Part shown: in pieces, positions 26,886 to 36,399 of the stretch
How the letters are laid out: each line of letters begins with the position of its first letter
How positions within the stretch are numbered: the first letter of the stretch is position 1
Assembly (NCBI GenBank): GCA_013152895.1
Contig: JAADFN010000181.1
Location: 1,143 to 65,142, forward strand
DNA: 64,000 nt
From: Acidobacteriota bacterium
GTDB taxonomy: Bacteria > Acidobacteriota > Thermoanaerobaculia > Thermoanaerobaculales > Sulfomarinibacteraceae
Reading direction: 5' to 3'
The notes under the pieces: model-generated
What the model was told of the DNA's origin: nothing
Database searches by the model: none
Seen by the model: the letters and a program-made list of their open reading frames with translations, nothing else
Program-made: the position numbers and the translations under genes

Positions 26886-28106
26886 CTAGATCACTCCGAT
26901 CAGGGCAAGCCAGGCGACGGCAAGGGCACAGAGGGCGATGGTGAGGGGAATGCCGACACGGGCGTGATCGCGCCAGCTGATCGTGATGCCGGAGGTCGAG
27001 GCGGCCGACGCGACGATGATGTTGGCGATGCTACCGACGAGCAGGAGGTTCCCGGCGAACGTGCTGACGAGCGCGAGAATGACGGCAGCGCCATTGCCGG
27101 CGACGCCCGGTAGCAGCAGCATGACGGCCGGCACGTTCGAGAAGACGTTCGAGCTGATCAGGGTCACCGTGGCCAGGCCGAGAGGTTCGCCGAGCGGCAG
27201 GCCCCACGAGGCCAGGAGGTGGACGCCGCGTGCAGCGAGGCCGGTTGCGACGAGGGCATGGGTCACCACGAACAGGCCGATGAAGAGCAGGAGCAGGTCC
27301 CAGTCGACGAGGCCAAACAGGCGCCGTGATGTCAGCTTCCGGTTGACCAGAAGAATGGCGCCGGCGCCCAGGGCCACCACGGCGCGGGGCGGCGAGCCTG
27401 CGAGAAAAAACAGGACGACGATGGCGAGAACGGCAAGACCCTTGACGGTGTGCCAGCGGGACGGTTCGGGCATCGGTCCGGTGCGAGATTCTTTACCGGC
27501 CGGCCAGCCGTGGAGGTGCTCTCGCCAGACCACGATCACGAACACCCAGACCAGAACGAGCCCGAGCAAGGCTGGAACGCCGCCGTCGACCAGGTATCTC
27601 GCGAAGCTCAGATGGAAGTGCTCGCCGACCAGGATGTTCTGGGGATTGCCGATCAGGGTGGCCGCCGATCCGGTGTTGGCAGCGAGCGCGAGAGCCAGCA
27701 GGTATGGCACCGGGTTGAGATTGCGGCGATACGTGATCTCGAGGACGACCGGCGCAGCCGCGAGACAGACAATATCGTTGGACAGGAGCGCCGAAAGCAG
27801 GCCGGCGACGGCGACGAGCAGCGCCATCAGCGCCCACGGCCCAACGGCTGCGCGGCCGAACCTCCGCGTGACGGCGGTGTAAAAACCGCCGAGACGGAGC
27901 TGGGCCGAGATCAGCATCAGTCCGAAAAGAACGGCCATCGTGTTGACGTCGATCTGGTTCCAGGCATGGGCCGGCGTCATGACGCCGCCGACCACGAGCG
28001 CGATCGCACCGACTATGGCGATGCCGGTGCGATCGAGCGCCAGGCCGGGAAAGTTCCCGAGCATCATACCTGCGTACACGAAGAGGAAGACTGCAAGGAC
28101 CAGCAT
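26886..28106 (-). CDS. ArsB/NhaD-superfamily anion permease (CitMHS-like)
   Basis: Internal ATG at 28106 (MLVLAVFLFVYAG...). The upstream 115 codons are Arg/His-rich and non-membrane. About 10-12 hydrophobic helices. Confidence 0.65.
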   Translation of the reverse strand: MLVLAVFLFVYAGMMLGNFPGLALDRTGIAIVGAIALVVGGVMTPAHAWNQIDVNTMAVLFGLMLISAQLRLGGFYTAVTRRFGRAAVGPWALMALLVAVAGLLSALLSNDIVCLAAAPVVLEITYRRNLNPVPYLLALALAANTGSAATLIGNPQNILVGEHFHLSFARYLVDGGVPALLGLVLVWVFVIVVWREHLHGWPAGKESRTGPMPEPSRWHTVKGLAVLAIVVLFFLAGSPPRAVVALGAGAILLVNRKLTSRRLFGLVDWDLLLLFIGLFVVTHALVATGLAARGVHLLASWGLPLGEPLGLATVTLISSNVFSNVPAVMLLLPGVAGNGAAVILALVSTFAGNLLLVGSIANIIVASAASTSGITISWRDHARVGIPLTIALCALAVAWLALIGVI

Positions 28107-28202
28107 GACGGCCTCAAGAATACACCGGGCCGGCCGGGATGCGCAGTTTCGTCCGTGAAGGGGGAAGCGGTATGATGCGCGCCGGTTGGATGGAGGTGTG
28201 CG

Positions 28203-28712
28203 ATGCGTGTTGCGATCCTGACGACTGGTGGCACGATTGAAAAGACCTACAACGAGCTCGAGGGGAGTCTCCGAAACGACCGTTCGGTGCTGGATGAGAT
28301 CCTCGCGAGCCTGCGCCTGCCCGACCTGCTGATTCTCCCCGTCAACGTGATGTACAAGGACTCGCTCGACATGACGGACGAGGACCGGCTCAAGATTCTC
28401 GCGGCGGTCAAGAACGCGCTGGCACGGTCGGACGCGGTGATCGTGCTGCACGGCACGGACACCCTCTCGGTGACGGGCGAGCTCCTGGCCGGCGAGCTGG
28501 GCAAAGACCTTTCAAAACCGGTTGTTCTGACCGGTGCCATGCGTCCGTACGTGTTCAGGGACTCCGACACCCTTCAGAACGTCACGGAGGCGTTGTTGGC
28601 GGCCAGGCTCGTCGATCCTGGCGTCTATGTCGTGATGCACAACAGGGTATTGCGCTTCCCCGGAGTGATCAAGGATCGGCAGGCGTTGACCTTCCGAAAG
28701 GCCACAGAATAA
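28203..28712 (+). CDS. Asparaginase-domain protein (N-terminal domain only, 169 aa)
   Basis: VAILTTGGTIEKTY (TGGTI active-site motif) and VVLHGTDTL. Confidence 0.7.
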   Translation: MRVAILTTGGTIEKTYNELEGSLRNDRSVLDEILASLRLPDLLILPVNVMYKDSLDMTDEDRLKILAAVKNALARSDAVIVLHGTDTLSVTGELLAGELGKDLSKPVVLTGAMRPYVFRDSDTLQNVTEALLAARLVDPGVYVVMHNRVLRFPGVIKDRQALTFRKATE

Positions 28713-28724
28713 CCGGCGGTAGTG

Positions 28725-29726
28725 TCACACGGACGCCTGTTCCAGTTTCTCGACGCTGTGGGTCGGTCCCAGGGCGACGAGGACATCCCCGGCTTCGACG
28801 GCCGTATCGGGCGGTGGATTGAAGAGGCTTTTCTCTCCCCGCCTGAGGGCCACGACGATCAGGCCGAACCTCTGCCTGACGTTGGCGCTGGCGAGGGTCT
28901 CTCCGGCGAGCTGGCTGCCCGGTCTGATACGAATCTCGGCGAGCTCCAGGTCTGCGTTGGTGCCGGGGAGCGATGCGTCGAGAAAGTCAATGACGGCCGG
29001 CTTGAGGGCCGTGTACGCGATCCGCATCGCACCGGTTCTGTACGGGTTGATCACCGTGTCGGCGCCGGCCAGTTTGAGGGGCTCGTCGGAGCTATCACCA
29101 ACGGCCCGGACGATGATCTTCAGGCCGGGATTCAGCCGCCGCGCCAGCAGGACCATGTAGACATTGTGCGCGTCGTCGGCGAGGCTTGCGATCATCGTTG
29201 CAGCCCTGGCGAGTCCCGCCGCTTCAAGCACCTGCCGCTCGGTGGCGTCCCCCTGTATAACCAGGATGCCCGCCTGTTCGAGCCGACGGCACTGCTCGGC
29301 GTTCCTTTCGATCACGACGAACGGCTCCGAACGCGCCTTGAGGATATCGATCACCGTTTGGCCGGTGCGTCCGGCGCCGCACAGGACGATATGCCTGGTA
29401 AGCTTGTCGATCATGCGATGTTCCTTCCTGAAACCGAGGATCCGGCGGATGTCCGTCTCGACCATCAGGCTGGCGACCACCGACACGGCGTAAAGCATGA
29501 CGCCAACGCCCGACAGGGCCAAGACCATCGTGAAGATCCTGCCGCCCGAAGACAACGGGAAGATTTCACGGAAACCGATGGTCGTGACCGTAATCACGGT
29601 CATATACAGGGCGTCCATCCATGGGGCGTGCTCGATCAGAACGTATCCCACCGTTCCGAAAGCCAGAACCGCGATGGCCAGCCACGCCATGCGAATCGCC
29701 GCGCCGAGCTTCGTGTGCAGCTCCAT
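28725..29726 (-). CDS. 2-TM potassium-channel protein with RCK (TrkA-N/TrkA-C) domains
   Basis: Pore region YMTVITVTTIGFREIF between two TM helices. Rossmann motif VLCGAGRTG. The C-terminal TrkA-C-like region has ELAEIRIRPGSQLAG. Confidence 0.85.
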   Translation of the reverse strand: MELHTKLGAAIRMAWLAIAVLAFGTVGYVLIEHAPWMDALYMTVITVTTIGFREIFPLSSGGRIFTMVLALSGVGVMLYAVSVVASLMVETDIRRILGFRKEHRMIDKLTRHIVLCGAGRTGQTVIDILKARSEPFVVIERNAEQCRRLEQAGILVIQGDATERQVLEAAGLARAATMIASLADDAHNVYMVLLARRLNPGLKIIVRAVGDSSDEPLKLAGADTVINPYRTGAMRIAYTALKPAVIDFLDASLPGTNADLELAEIRIRPGSQLAGETLASANVRQRFGLIVVALRRGEKSLFNPPPDTAVEAGDVLVALGPTHSVEKLEQASV

Positions 29727-29780
29727 GGCTCCATAGTACCCGAGACCGTTACGTGCGAGTGCAGGACACGCCGGGGGGCT

Positions 29781-31442
29781 TTACCGTGGCGGAGCAGCGG
29801 GGATGGGGACGGCGGCGGCCTCGAGCGCTGCCGCTGCCGCCGCTGCCCGGGCACGTTCGAGGTTCGCTGCGATCGCGGAATCCTTGGGCGAGAGCTCGTG
29901 GGCGCGGTCGAACAGGGTCGCAGCATCGGCGAATCGGCTCATCCGGTAGAGCGTAACCCCGACGAGGTCGAGCGCTGCGGGATCATTCGGTTTCTTGGCC
30001 GCCTGCGCCTGGAATGCGGCCAGCGCCCGGCCGAGATGGCGCTGATGGAGCATCAGCAGTCCATCGAGGATTCGACGCCCGTCGGCATCGGTGATGGTGG
30101 TGTTCTTGAGCAGCCGCTGCGCTTTCGCGTCGAGGCCGCTCCGGATCAGCGCCAGTGCGAGCGCCGCGACGACATCCGGAGGGTTGAACTTCTGTTGAAT
30201 GGCGGCCTCGAGGCGGGGCAGCGCGTCGGCAGTCCGGTCGAGGGCCAGTAACGCCTGGCCGGTTCTTGCCTCCAGCTGCGGATCATCCTCCAGCAAGTTG
30301 GCCGCGGATTGAAACGCGGCGAGCGCCTTGCGCGCGTGCCCCTTGGCCAAAAGCAACTCGCCGTATGCGAGCTGCGCCTCGGGCAGCAGCGGGTTTTCTT
30401 CGAGCGCCCGCGCGAGCTCCTTGATGGCCCTGTCGTCCTGGCGCATCCGTGCGTCCAGGAGGCCCAGCGATGCCCATGCTCGATCCGAATGCGGGTGGGC
30501 GTCGCTCAGCTGACGAAAGACATCGCGTGCCGCGGAAAGCTTGCCCATCGCGAGGTAGGTCTCCCCGAGGCGAAGCTGGAGCTCGAGGTTGTCCTGCTGG
30601 TAACTGAGTGCGCTCTTCAACGCGAATTCGGCTTCATCCCAGTGTCCCGCCCGGATGGCGGCTTCCGCAAGCAACTCAAGCGCCGCAACGTTAGCCGGCT
30701 GTCGGTCGACAGCCTTGCGCAGAAGCTTGAGGCTGGTCGTGACATCGCCCTGGTCCAGCAGCCTGTTCGCCCTCAGCACGAGCTCCGGAACGGAGAGCGC
30801 GGAGATCCCCTCCATCTGGGGAGCGGGCGCGGACCTCCCGCCACCAGCCGTCGCGTTCATGCTCTGCTGAAGCTGCGCGGCCTCGTCGCTGCGTCCCATT
30901 TTTCGAAGTATCGCGATCTCCAATGGGAGCAGACGGCCGTCCGTCGGGTAAACCTGCCTGAGATTCTTGACGTCGGCCAGCGCACCTGAAAGGTCCGAAC
31001 CGCTTTGAAGCCGCTGCTGGATCGAATCGATGGTCGCCTCGAGGTCCGGGGGTGGCGGCGAGGGACCGGCCGCCGGGCTGGATGCGACTTCCTTCTTGAT
31101 CCTGTCGAAGAGCTGCAAGAACTCCTGGGTGTAGTAGTCAGGAACGAGCGTCAGTCCGGGATCCTCAAGGAGGGCCGCACGAAGATGGGTCGCGACATTC
31201 TCGCGCCGTCCAAGCGCGAAGAGCGTCCATGCGATGCGCACCTGCAACTGGGCCCGGTGCCCAGGGTTATCGGTTTCGGCGAGAGCCTTGGTATAGAGCC
31301 TGACGGCCTGCGAGAACTTGCCCTGCCGGTACGCGGCGAGGGCGGCCTGCTCGCTCGGCGTAGGTTGATCTGCGTAAAGCGATGGCGCCAGAACGGTGAC
31401 GAACATCGCAAGAATGAGGCAGAGCACGAACCCGCGTTTCAT
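29781..31442 (-). CDS. Secreted tetratricopeptide-repeat protein
   Basis: Signal peptide MKRGFVLCLILAMFVTVLAPSLYA, followed by multiple TPR-like A..Y..AL...P units. Confidence 0.8.
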   Translation of the reverse strand: MKRGFVLCLILAMFVTVLAPSLYADQPTPSEQAALAAYRQGKFSQAVRLYTKALAETDNPGHRAQLQVRIAWTLFALGRRENVATHLRAALLEDPGLTLVPDYYTQEFLQLFDRIKKEVASSPAAGPSPPPPDLEATIDSIQQRLQSGSDLSGALADVKNLRQVYPTDGRLLPLEIAILRKMGRSDEAAQLQQSMNATAGGGRSAPAPQMEGISALSVPELVLRANRLLDQGDVTTSLKLLRKAVDRQPANVAALELLAEAAIRAGHWDEAEFALKSALSYQQDNLELQLRLGETYLAMGKLSAARDVFRQLSDAHPHSDRAWASLGLLDARMRQDDRAIKELARALEENPLLPEAQLAYGELLLAKGHARKALAAFQSAANLLEDDPQLEARTGQALLALDRTADALPRLEAAIQQKFNPPDVVAALALALIRSGLDAKAQRLLKNTTITDADGRRILDGLLMLHQRHLGRALAAFQAQAAKKPNDPAALDLVGVTLYRMSRFADAATLFDRAHELSPKDSAIAANLERARAAAAAAALEAAAVPIPAAPPR

Positions 31443-32009
31443 GCTCCGACTCTAGCCGCCTTCGCCAGAAACGGCAAGCCTCACGCGTTGACGAGGCTGT
31501 TGCGCGGTACCCAGTTTGGAGGTGGGGGCTGTCGGCTTCGTTGTTGGTGAAGGGTCGGTGGGTCGGGGTTTAGGGCGGCTAAGAGAGTAAGAGAGAAGGA
31601 GTCTCGGAAGTGGTGCGTTCGGGCAGTCCTTCCCCAGATGCGGGGTTTCCACGGGCGGGAGGCGGGAGGCCTCGGGCCGCCACGCGTAATCGTCGAGTGC
31701 TGCCGACCGAGGAAGAGAAGAAGGGGAAGAGGTTGCAGAGGGGTCACGGTCCCCGGCCGCAGCCTGATCTGCCCGGACTCAGATTCCGATCACCACAACC
31801 ACCGCCCACCGTCGGGCCGGGTCACGGCGAGGATGTACCGTTCCGGGGGCTTTCGGGATCTCATGGCCCTTCCCGGAGCACGCAGCCGCTCACGTCCCGG
31901 CGCGTCGCGTGCTTTGTTGGGTGCGCTCGTCGCTTCGACGGGTTCCGGATAGGTTGGCCGCTCGCCGTTGAGAGAAATGTGTTGGCGGGGGGCGGGGTAG
32001 AATGCGTGC

Positions 32010-33398
32010 ATGGCTGTGGATCAGGTTCTTGCAGACGGGTTGGGTGGGATTCTTTCCGGTGACGAGTGGACGGTGGAGCGGGAGGAGCTTGAGGCGTACG
32101 GGCATGACGAGACGGAGGACCTGTCGTTTCTGCCGGAGGTTGTCGTGCGTCCGAAGGATCCGGGGGCGGTTCCGGCGATTCTCGAGTTGGCCCACCGGCT
32201 CAAGGTGCCTGTAACGCCGCGGGGCGGCGGGACGGGGCTGTCGGGTGGGGCTCTTCCGGTTCGCGGAGGGATCGTGCTTTCGCTCGACCGGTGCGACCGG
32301 ATCCTCGAGATCGACACCGGGAACATGGTGGCGGTCGTTGAGCCGGGCGTTATCACGCAGGTCCTGCAGGAAGAGGTCGAGAGGGTTGGACTCTACTACC
32401 CGCCCGATCCCGCCTCGCGTGGCTCGTGCACGATCGGGGGCAATCTCGCGGAGAACGCGGGGGGGCCGCACGCTGTCAAGTACGGCGTGACCTCGGACTA
32501 CGTCATGGGTCTCGAAGTTGTCCTGGCGAACGGGAAGGTGCTTCACTGCGGTGGTGCGCGGCGCAAGGACGTGGCCGGGTACGACCTGGCGAAGCTGTTC
32601 GTTGGCTCGGAAGGCACGCTCGGCATCATCACGCGGGCGACGCTGCGTCTCGTGCCGCAACCGGAGGAGCGGGCCGTGCTGCTGGCGTCGTTTTCCTCGC
32701 TCCGCTCGGGGCTCGACGGCGTGCTGGCCGTGTTCAAGGGGCTGACCCCGTCCGCCTGCGAGCTGCTGGAACGTGATGCCGTGGAGGCTGCGGCCAGGCA
32801 TCTCGGGCGTCCCGTCCCCGTACCGGGGGCCGAGGCGCTGATCGTCATGGAGGTCGATGGGTTCACCAGGGATGACGTCGAGCGTCAGATGGTGACCGCC
32901 GGCGAACGCCTGGAAGCGGCGGGCGCCGTCGACGTGCGGGTCGCCATGACCCGCAAGGAGCGGGAAGAGCTGTGGGCCCTGCGCGCGGCGACCGGGGAGG
33001 CCGTCAAGGCGATCTCGACCTACAAGGAGGAGGACTGCTCCGTCCCGCGTTCCCGGATCGGCGAGCTGGTCATGGGGGTCAAGGAGATCGCACGGCGGGC
33101 GGGCATCCGGACGATCTGCTATGGCCACGCCGGGGATGGCAACATCCACGTCAACATCTTGCGCATGGATGCAGACGAAGCGACGTGGCGCGACCGCCTG
33201 CCGGCGGTGATCGAGGAGATCTTCTCGTTGACCGTGAAGCTCGGTGGCAGCATCACGGGCGAACACGGCATCGGCTGGACACAGCGCCGGTACCTTCCGC
33301 TGCAGCTTGGACCGGTCGAGATGGAAACTCTCAAAGCAATCAAGGACGCGCTCGACCCGGACGCCATCCTCAACCCCGGCAAGATCTTCCCCGGTTGA
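32010..33398 (+). CDS. FAD-linked oxidase (GlcD / D-lactate dehydrogenase-like)
   Basis: FAD-binding PCMH region VTPRGGGTGLSGGALP. C-terminal GGSITGEHGIG and DPDAILNPGKIF. Confidence 0.85.
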   Translation: MAVDQVLADGLGGILSGDEWTVEREELEAYGHDETEDLSFLPEVVVRPKDPGAVPAILELAHRLKVPVTPRGGGTGLSGGALPVRGGIVLSLDRCDRILEIDTGNMVAVVEPGVITQVLQEEVERVGLYYPPDPASRGSCTIGGNLAENAGGPHAVKYGVTSDYVMGLEVVLANGKVLHCGGARRKDVAGYDLAKLFVGSEGTLGIITRATLRLVPQPEERAVLLASFSSLRSGLDGVLAVFKGLTPSACELLERDAVEAAARHLGRPVPVPGAEALIVMEVDGFTRDDVERQMVTAGERLEAAGAVDVRVAMTRKEREELWALRAATGEAVKAISTYKEEDCSVPRSRIGELVMGVKEIARRAGIRTICYGHAGDGNIHVNILRMDADEATWRDRLPAVIEEIFSLTVKLGGSITGEHGIGWTQRRYLPLQLGPVEMETLKAIKDALDPDAILNPGKIFPG

Positions 33399-33557
33399 TT
33401 TCGTTCCGTAAAGTGCCGGCCAAGTTCGTTTCGCCGTTCGAAGGCCTGGAGGACGAAGGCGACACAAGTCGGCCAGGCTCCGGCGGAACAACTCCAGCGG
33501 AATCGTGCACATGTGATCTGGCCGGGTTACAATGGGGACCGAGGCTCGGGAGGTTTC

Positions 33558-34067
33558 GTGGACTTTCAAGTTGGGGACAAGGTCGTTTACCCGTCACAGG
33601 GGGTTTCCGTTGTTGAACAGATCGCTGATGAACATCTGGCTGGCCAGGAGATTCGCTGCTATCACTTGAGGCTCCTCAGCACGAACTCCAGGGTCATGGT
33701 GCCGGTCACGAATTCCGAACGCGTCGGGTTGCGCCCGTTGTCGGATGCGAGGGAGGTTGGCCGAGCCCTGCGCCGGCTGCGCGGAGAAGAGGCCGGCGGG
33801 GAGAACGATTGGAAAGACCGCTACAAGGCGAACCTCGACCGGATCAAGACCGGCGATCTGGGAGAAATCGTGGATGTGCTCCTGTGCCTCGCGGACGTGG
33901 CGTCGCGCAAGACCCTTTCGTTCCGCGAGCGGAAGATGTTCGATCATGCGCGCCAACTGCTGGCGTACGAGGTCGCAGAGGTTGAGCAGCGACCGGTCGA
34001 AGTTGTGGACGGCGAGATCGACGAGGTCATTCAAAAGCGTATCCACGACATGGGTGAGGAGAACTGA
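33558..34067 (+). CDS. CarD/CdnL-family RNA-polymerase-binding transcription regulator
   Basis: The GTG at 33558 follows GGGAGG. FQVGDKVVYPSQGVSVVEQI (Tudor-like domain) and SFRERKMFDHARQLL. Confidence 0.85.
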   Translation: MDFQVGDKVVYPSQGVSVVEQIADEHLAGQEIRCYHLRLLSTNSRVMVPVTNSERVGLRPLSDAREVGRALRRLRGEEAGGENDWKDRYKANLDRIKTGDLGEIVDVLLCLADVASRKTLSFRERKMFDHARQLLAYEVAEVEQRPVEVVDGEIDEVIQKRIHDMGEEN

Positions 34068-34083
34068 CGAAGGGAGCATCACG

Positions 34084-34830
34084 GTGAAACGGATCTTGAT
34101 CGCCCTTCTGGCCATCACTGTGGCGTCCGGCGCAGTTGCGAGCGAGCGCACGACGCGCCACACACTCCGCACCATCATCGAAATCCAAAAAAGGGTGGTC
34201 GCGGCGAATCTCGCCAGGCTCGAACGGCGACAGGCGGATCTGCAAGAAGCCTGGTCTCGCGTGGACCGGCTCAGCGCCGACCTGGTGCGTGCCGAGGGGG
34301 AGGGTGAGACCGCCAAGAGTTTGAGCTTGCGCGACCAGGATCTCCGTATCGCCGAGGGTACCCTCGTCATGGCGGTTTTCAGCTGCCAGCAGCTGAGATC
34401 TGCCCTGATGTCTTCTCAGCAGAGCCTCAAACAGATGCAAGACAAGCTCGAACAGCTCGAAAAGGAAGGCAGGAAGGGTCGGGATCCCATTTCCGGGAAA
34501 TGGAAGGTCATCATCGATCCGGGAGGCCAGGAAGGCGTCATGAACCTCGATCTCGATGGGACCCTGGTCACCGGGACCTACACGTTGAATGGCGGCTGGA
34601 CGGGATCGCTGCGCGGCACGTTTGTCGCGGGCAAGATCCGGCTTGAACGGATCGACGCCCAGCTCGGATTCGCCGCCGTGTACCACGCGATCGTCAAGGT
34701 GTCGGACGGTACGGGCCGCATGGAGGGGAGCTGGGAAGGGACCCGTCTGGCAGCCGGGATGCCTGGCAGCGGGACATGGGTCGCGGAAAAAGTGACCAAA
34801 GATAAGAGCTCGGGTTATCCTGAGCCGTGA
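34084..34830 (+). CDS. Secreted coiled-coil protein, unknown function
   Basis: GTG at 34084. Signal peptide VKRILIALLAITVASGAVA. Heptad-rich central region (QQSLKQMQDKLEQLEKEG). Confidence 0.55.
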   Translation: MKRILIALLAITVASGAVASERTTRHTLRTIIEIQKRVVAANLARLERRQADLQEAWSRVDRLSADLVRAEGEGETAKSLSLRDQDLRIAEGTLVMAVFSCQQLRSALMSSQQSLKQMQDKLEQLEKEGRKGRDPISGKWKVIIDPGGQEGVMNLDLDGTLVTGTYTLNGGWTGSLRGTFVAGKIRLERIDAQLGFAAVYHAIVKVSDGTGRMEGSWEGTRLAAGMPGSGTWVAEKVTKDKSSGYPEP

Positions 34831-34907
34831 TGTGTGGAGCGCGGCCTCGAAACGGAGCAAGCGCCTCCAGTGATGGGTGAAATAAGCAGCGAGGAGATAC
34901 CGCACCA

Positions 34908-35525
34908 ATGTTCTTCAACAAGTGGGTTACGCTCGTCCTTGGTCTCATGATCGGTCTTGTCGTTGGCTACGCGTTGGCGGAGCTCCAGCCCGTCCCGCCG
35001 GCGCGGGCGTTGATCAAGGGAATGAACAAGGGGCAGTCCCGAGCGGGTGGAATGCCCCCCGGCCATCCCCCGGTTCCTTCCGGGAACCAGGCGAACTCGC
35101 CGAATCCGGGATTCGCCCAGGAGGTCCAGGACCTCGAAGGTCTGATCGCAAAGGATCCAACGAACTTCGATGCGTTGCGGCAGCTGGGAAACCTGTACTA
35201 CGACCATTCGCAGTGGCCCGAGGCGCAACTCTGGTACGAGCGGGCGCGCAAGATCAAGGGAAACGACCCCAATCTCCTGACGGACCTGGCCGTCGTCTAC
35301 CGGAACCAGCACGAGGCCGGCAAGGCGCTCGAGCTGCTCAACCGTGCGTTGAGAATCGATCCCTCCCACTGGCGAGCGCTCTACAACAAGGTTGTGGTTC
35401 TCCATTTCGACCTTCACCGGCGCCAGGAGGCGATTGCGGCACTGGCGCAACTCGAAGCGTTGAAGAAAACCGATACGAGCATTCCCGATTTGAGCAGGCT
35501 CGAGAAGGATGTGGCGGGCAAGTAG
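34908..35525 (+). CDS. Membrane-anchored TPR protein
   Basis: N-terminal TM segment WVTLVLGLMIGLVVGYALA, then TPR units (LRQLGNLYYDHSQWPEAQLWYERA...). Confidence 0.7.
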   Translation: MFFNKWVTLVLGLMIGLVVGYALAELQPVPPARALIKGMNKGQSRAGGMPPGHPPVPSGNQANSPNPGFAQEVQDLEGLIAKDPTNFDALRQLGNLYYDHSQWPEAQLWYERARKIKGNDPNLLTDLAVVYRNQHEAGKALELLNRALRIDPSHWRALYNKVVVLHFDLHRRQEAIAALAQLEALKKTDTSIPDLSRLEKDVAGK

Positions 35526-35540
35526 CGCCTCACCAGTCAT

Positions 35541-35846
35541 ATGCGACGGCTCCTGATTTTCATCACCGTTTTGTACGTGGTCTGGCGAGTCCTGATCATC
35601 ATTGGCAAGAGGATCCAGAAAAAGGCGGCGTCTGCCAATCCTTTCGCGGGTTTCTCCAGGAACGGGTCGTCGCGGCCAACCGACGAGGCCGGGCAAGGCG
35701 AGCAGCTCGTGGCCTGTTCCCAATGTGGCACGCTCCTTCCCGCCAGCCGGGCTCTTCGCGGACCGCACGGGGTGGTGTTCTGCTCCGAAAAATGCCGCGC
35801 GCTCGCACGGGGGAGCGATGGGGGGGCGAACGATGCCGGCCGGTGA
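35541..35846 (+). CDS. Small membrane-anchored protein with a C-terminal CxxC...C zinc-ribbon-like motif
   Basis: TM segment LLIFITVLYVVWRVLIIIG, and a Cys motif CSQCGTLLP...FCSEKC. Confidence 0.55.
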   Translation: MRRLLIFITVLYVVWRVLIIIGKRIQKKAASANPFAGFSRNGSSRPTDEAGQGEQLVACSQCGTLLPASRALRGPHGVVFCSEKCRALARGSDGGANDAGR

Positions 35847-36396
35847 ACGCCAGGTTCGCCTGGAGCTTGTCATGGCTGGCGCTGTATTGTCTTCGGCTGG
35901 CCTGATCCGGCCCGGCGAGGGCAATCTCTCTGTACGAACAGGCGCGGATTTCCTGATCACGCTTTCCGGTGCCGACAAGGGTGCGTTGAGTGCCAGGGAC
36001 TTGATCTCCGTTGAAATCGGTGGCAACACGATTCCCCAGGGCGCGTCATCGGAAACGCGGATGCACCGGGAGATTTACCGCAGGTATCCCGGCGTGGGCG
36101 CCATCGTGCATGCACATCCGACGGCGATCCTCCGCCTTGCCTCGCAGAATCAAACGCCGGCCGTCTGGGCGACCGAGCTCGGGAGGATCGAGCTTGGCAC
36201 GGTCGGATGGACGGGGTTCTATCCGCCCGGTTCGCCGGCCCTTGCGGAAGCGGTGGCGGTCGCACTGGCCGGGGCGGCCGCCTGCATCCTCGACCAGCAC
36301 GGCGCTGTGAGCGTTGGCGAGTCGGTTGAACGGGCGCTGAGGAGGATGTTGCTCCTGGAGCATCATGCGGCGCTGACACCGCCACGCGCGAGGTGA
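35833..36396 (+). CDS. Class II aldolase/adducin-family protein
   Basis: GNLSVR, SSETRMHREIY and AIVHAHP metal-binding motifs. The start overlaps the upstream gene by 14 nt. Confidence 0.75.
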   Translation: MPAGERQVRLELVMAGAVLSSAGLIRPGEGNLSVRTGADFLITLSGADKGALSARDLISVEIGGNTIPQGASSETRMHREIYRRYPGVGAIVHAHPTAILRLASQNQTPAVWATELGRIELGTVGWTGFYPPGSPALAEAVAVALAGAAACILDQHGAVSVGESVERALRRMLLLEHHAALTPPRAR

Positions 36397-36399
36397 TGC

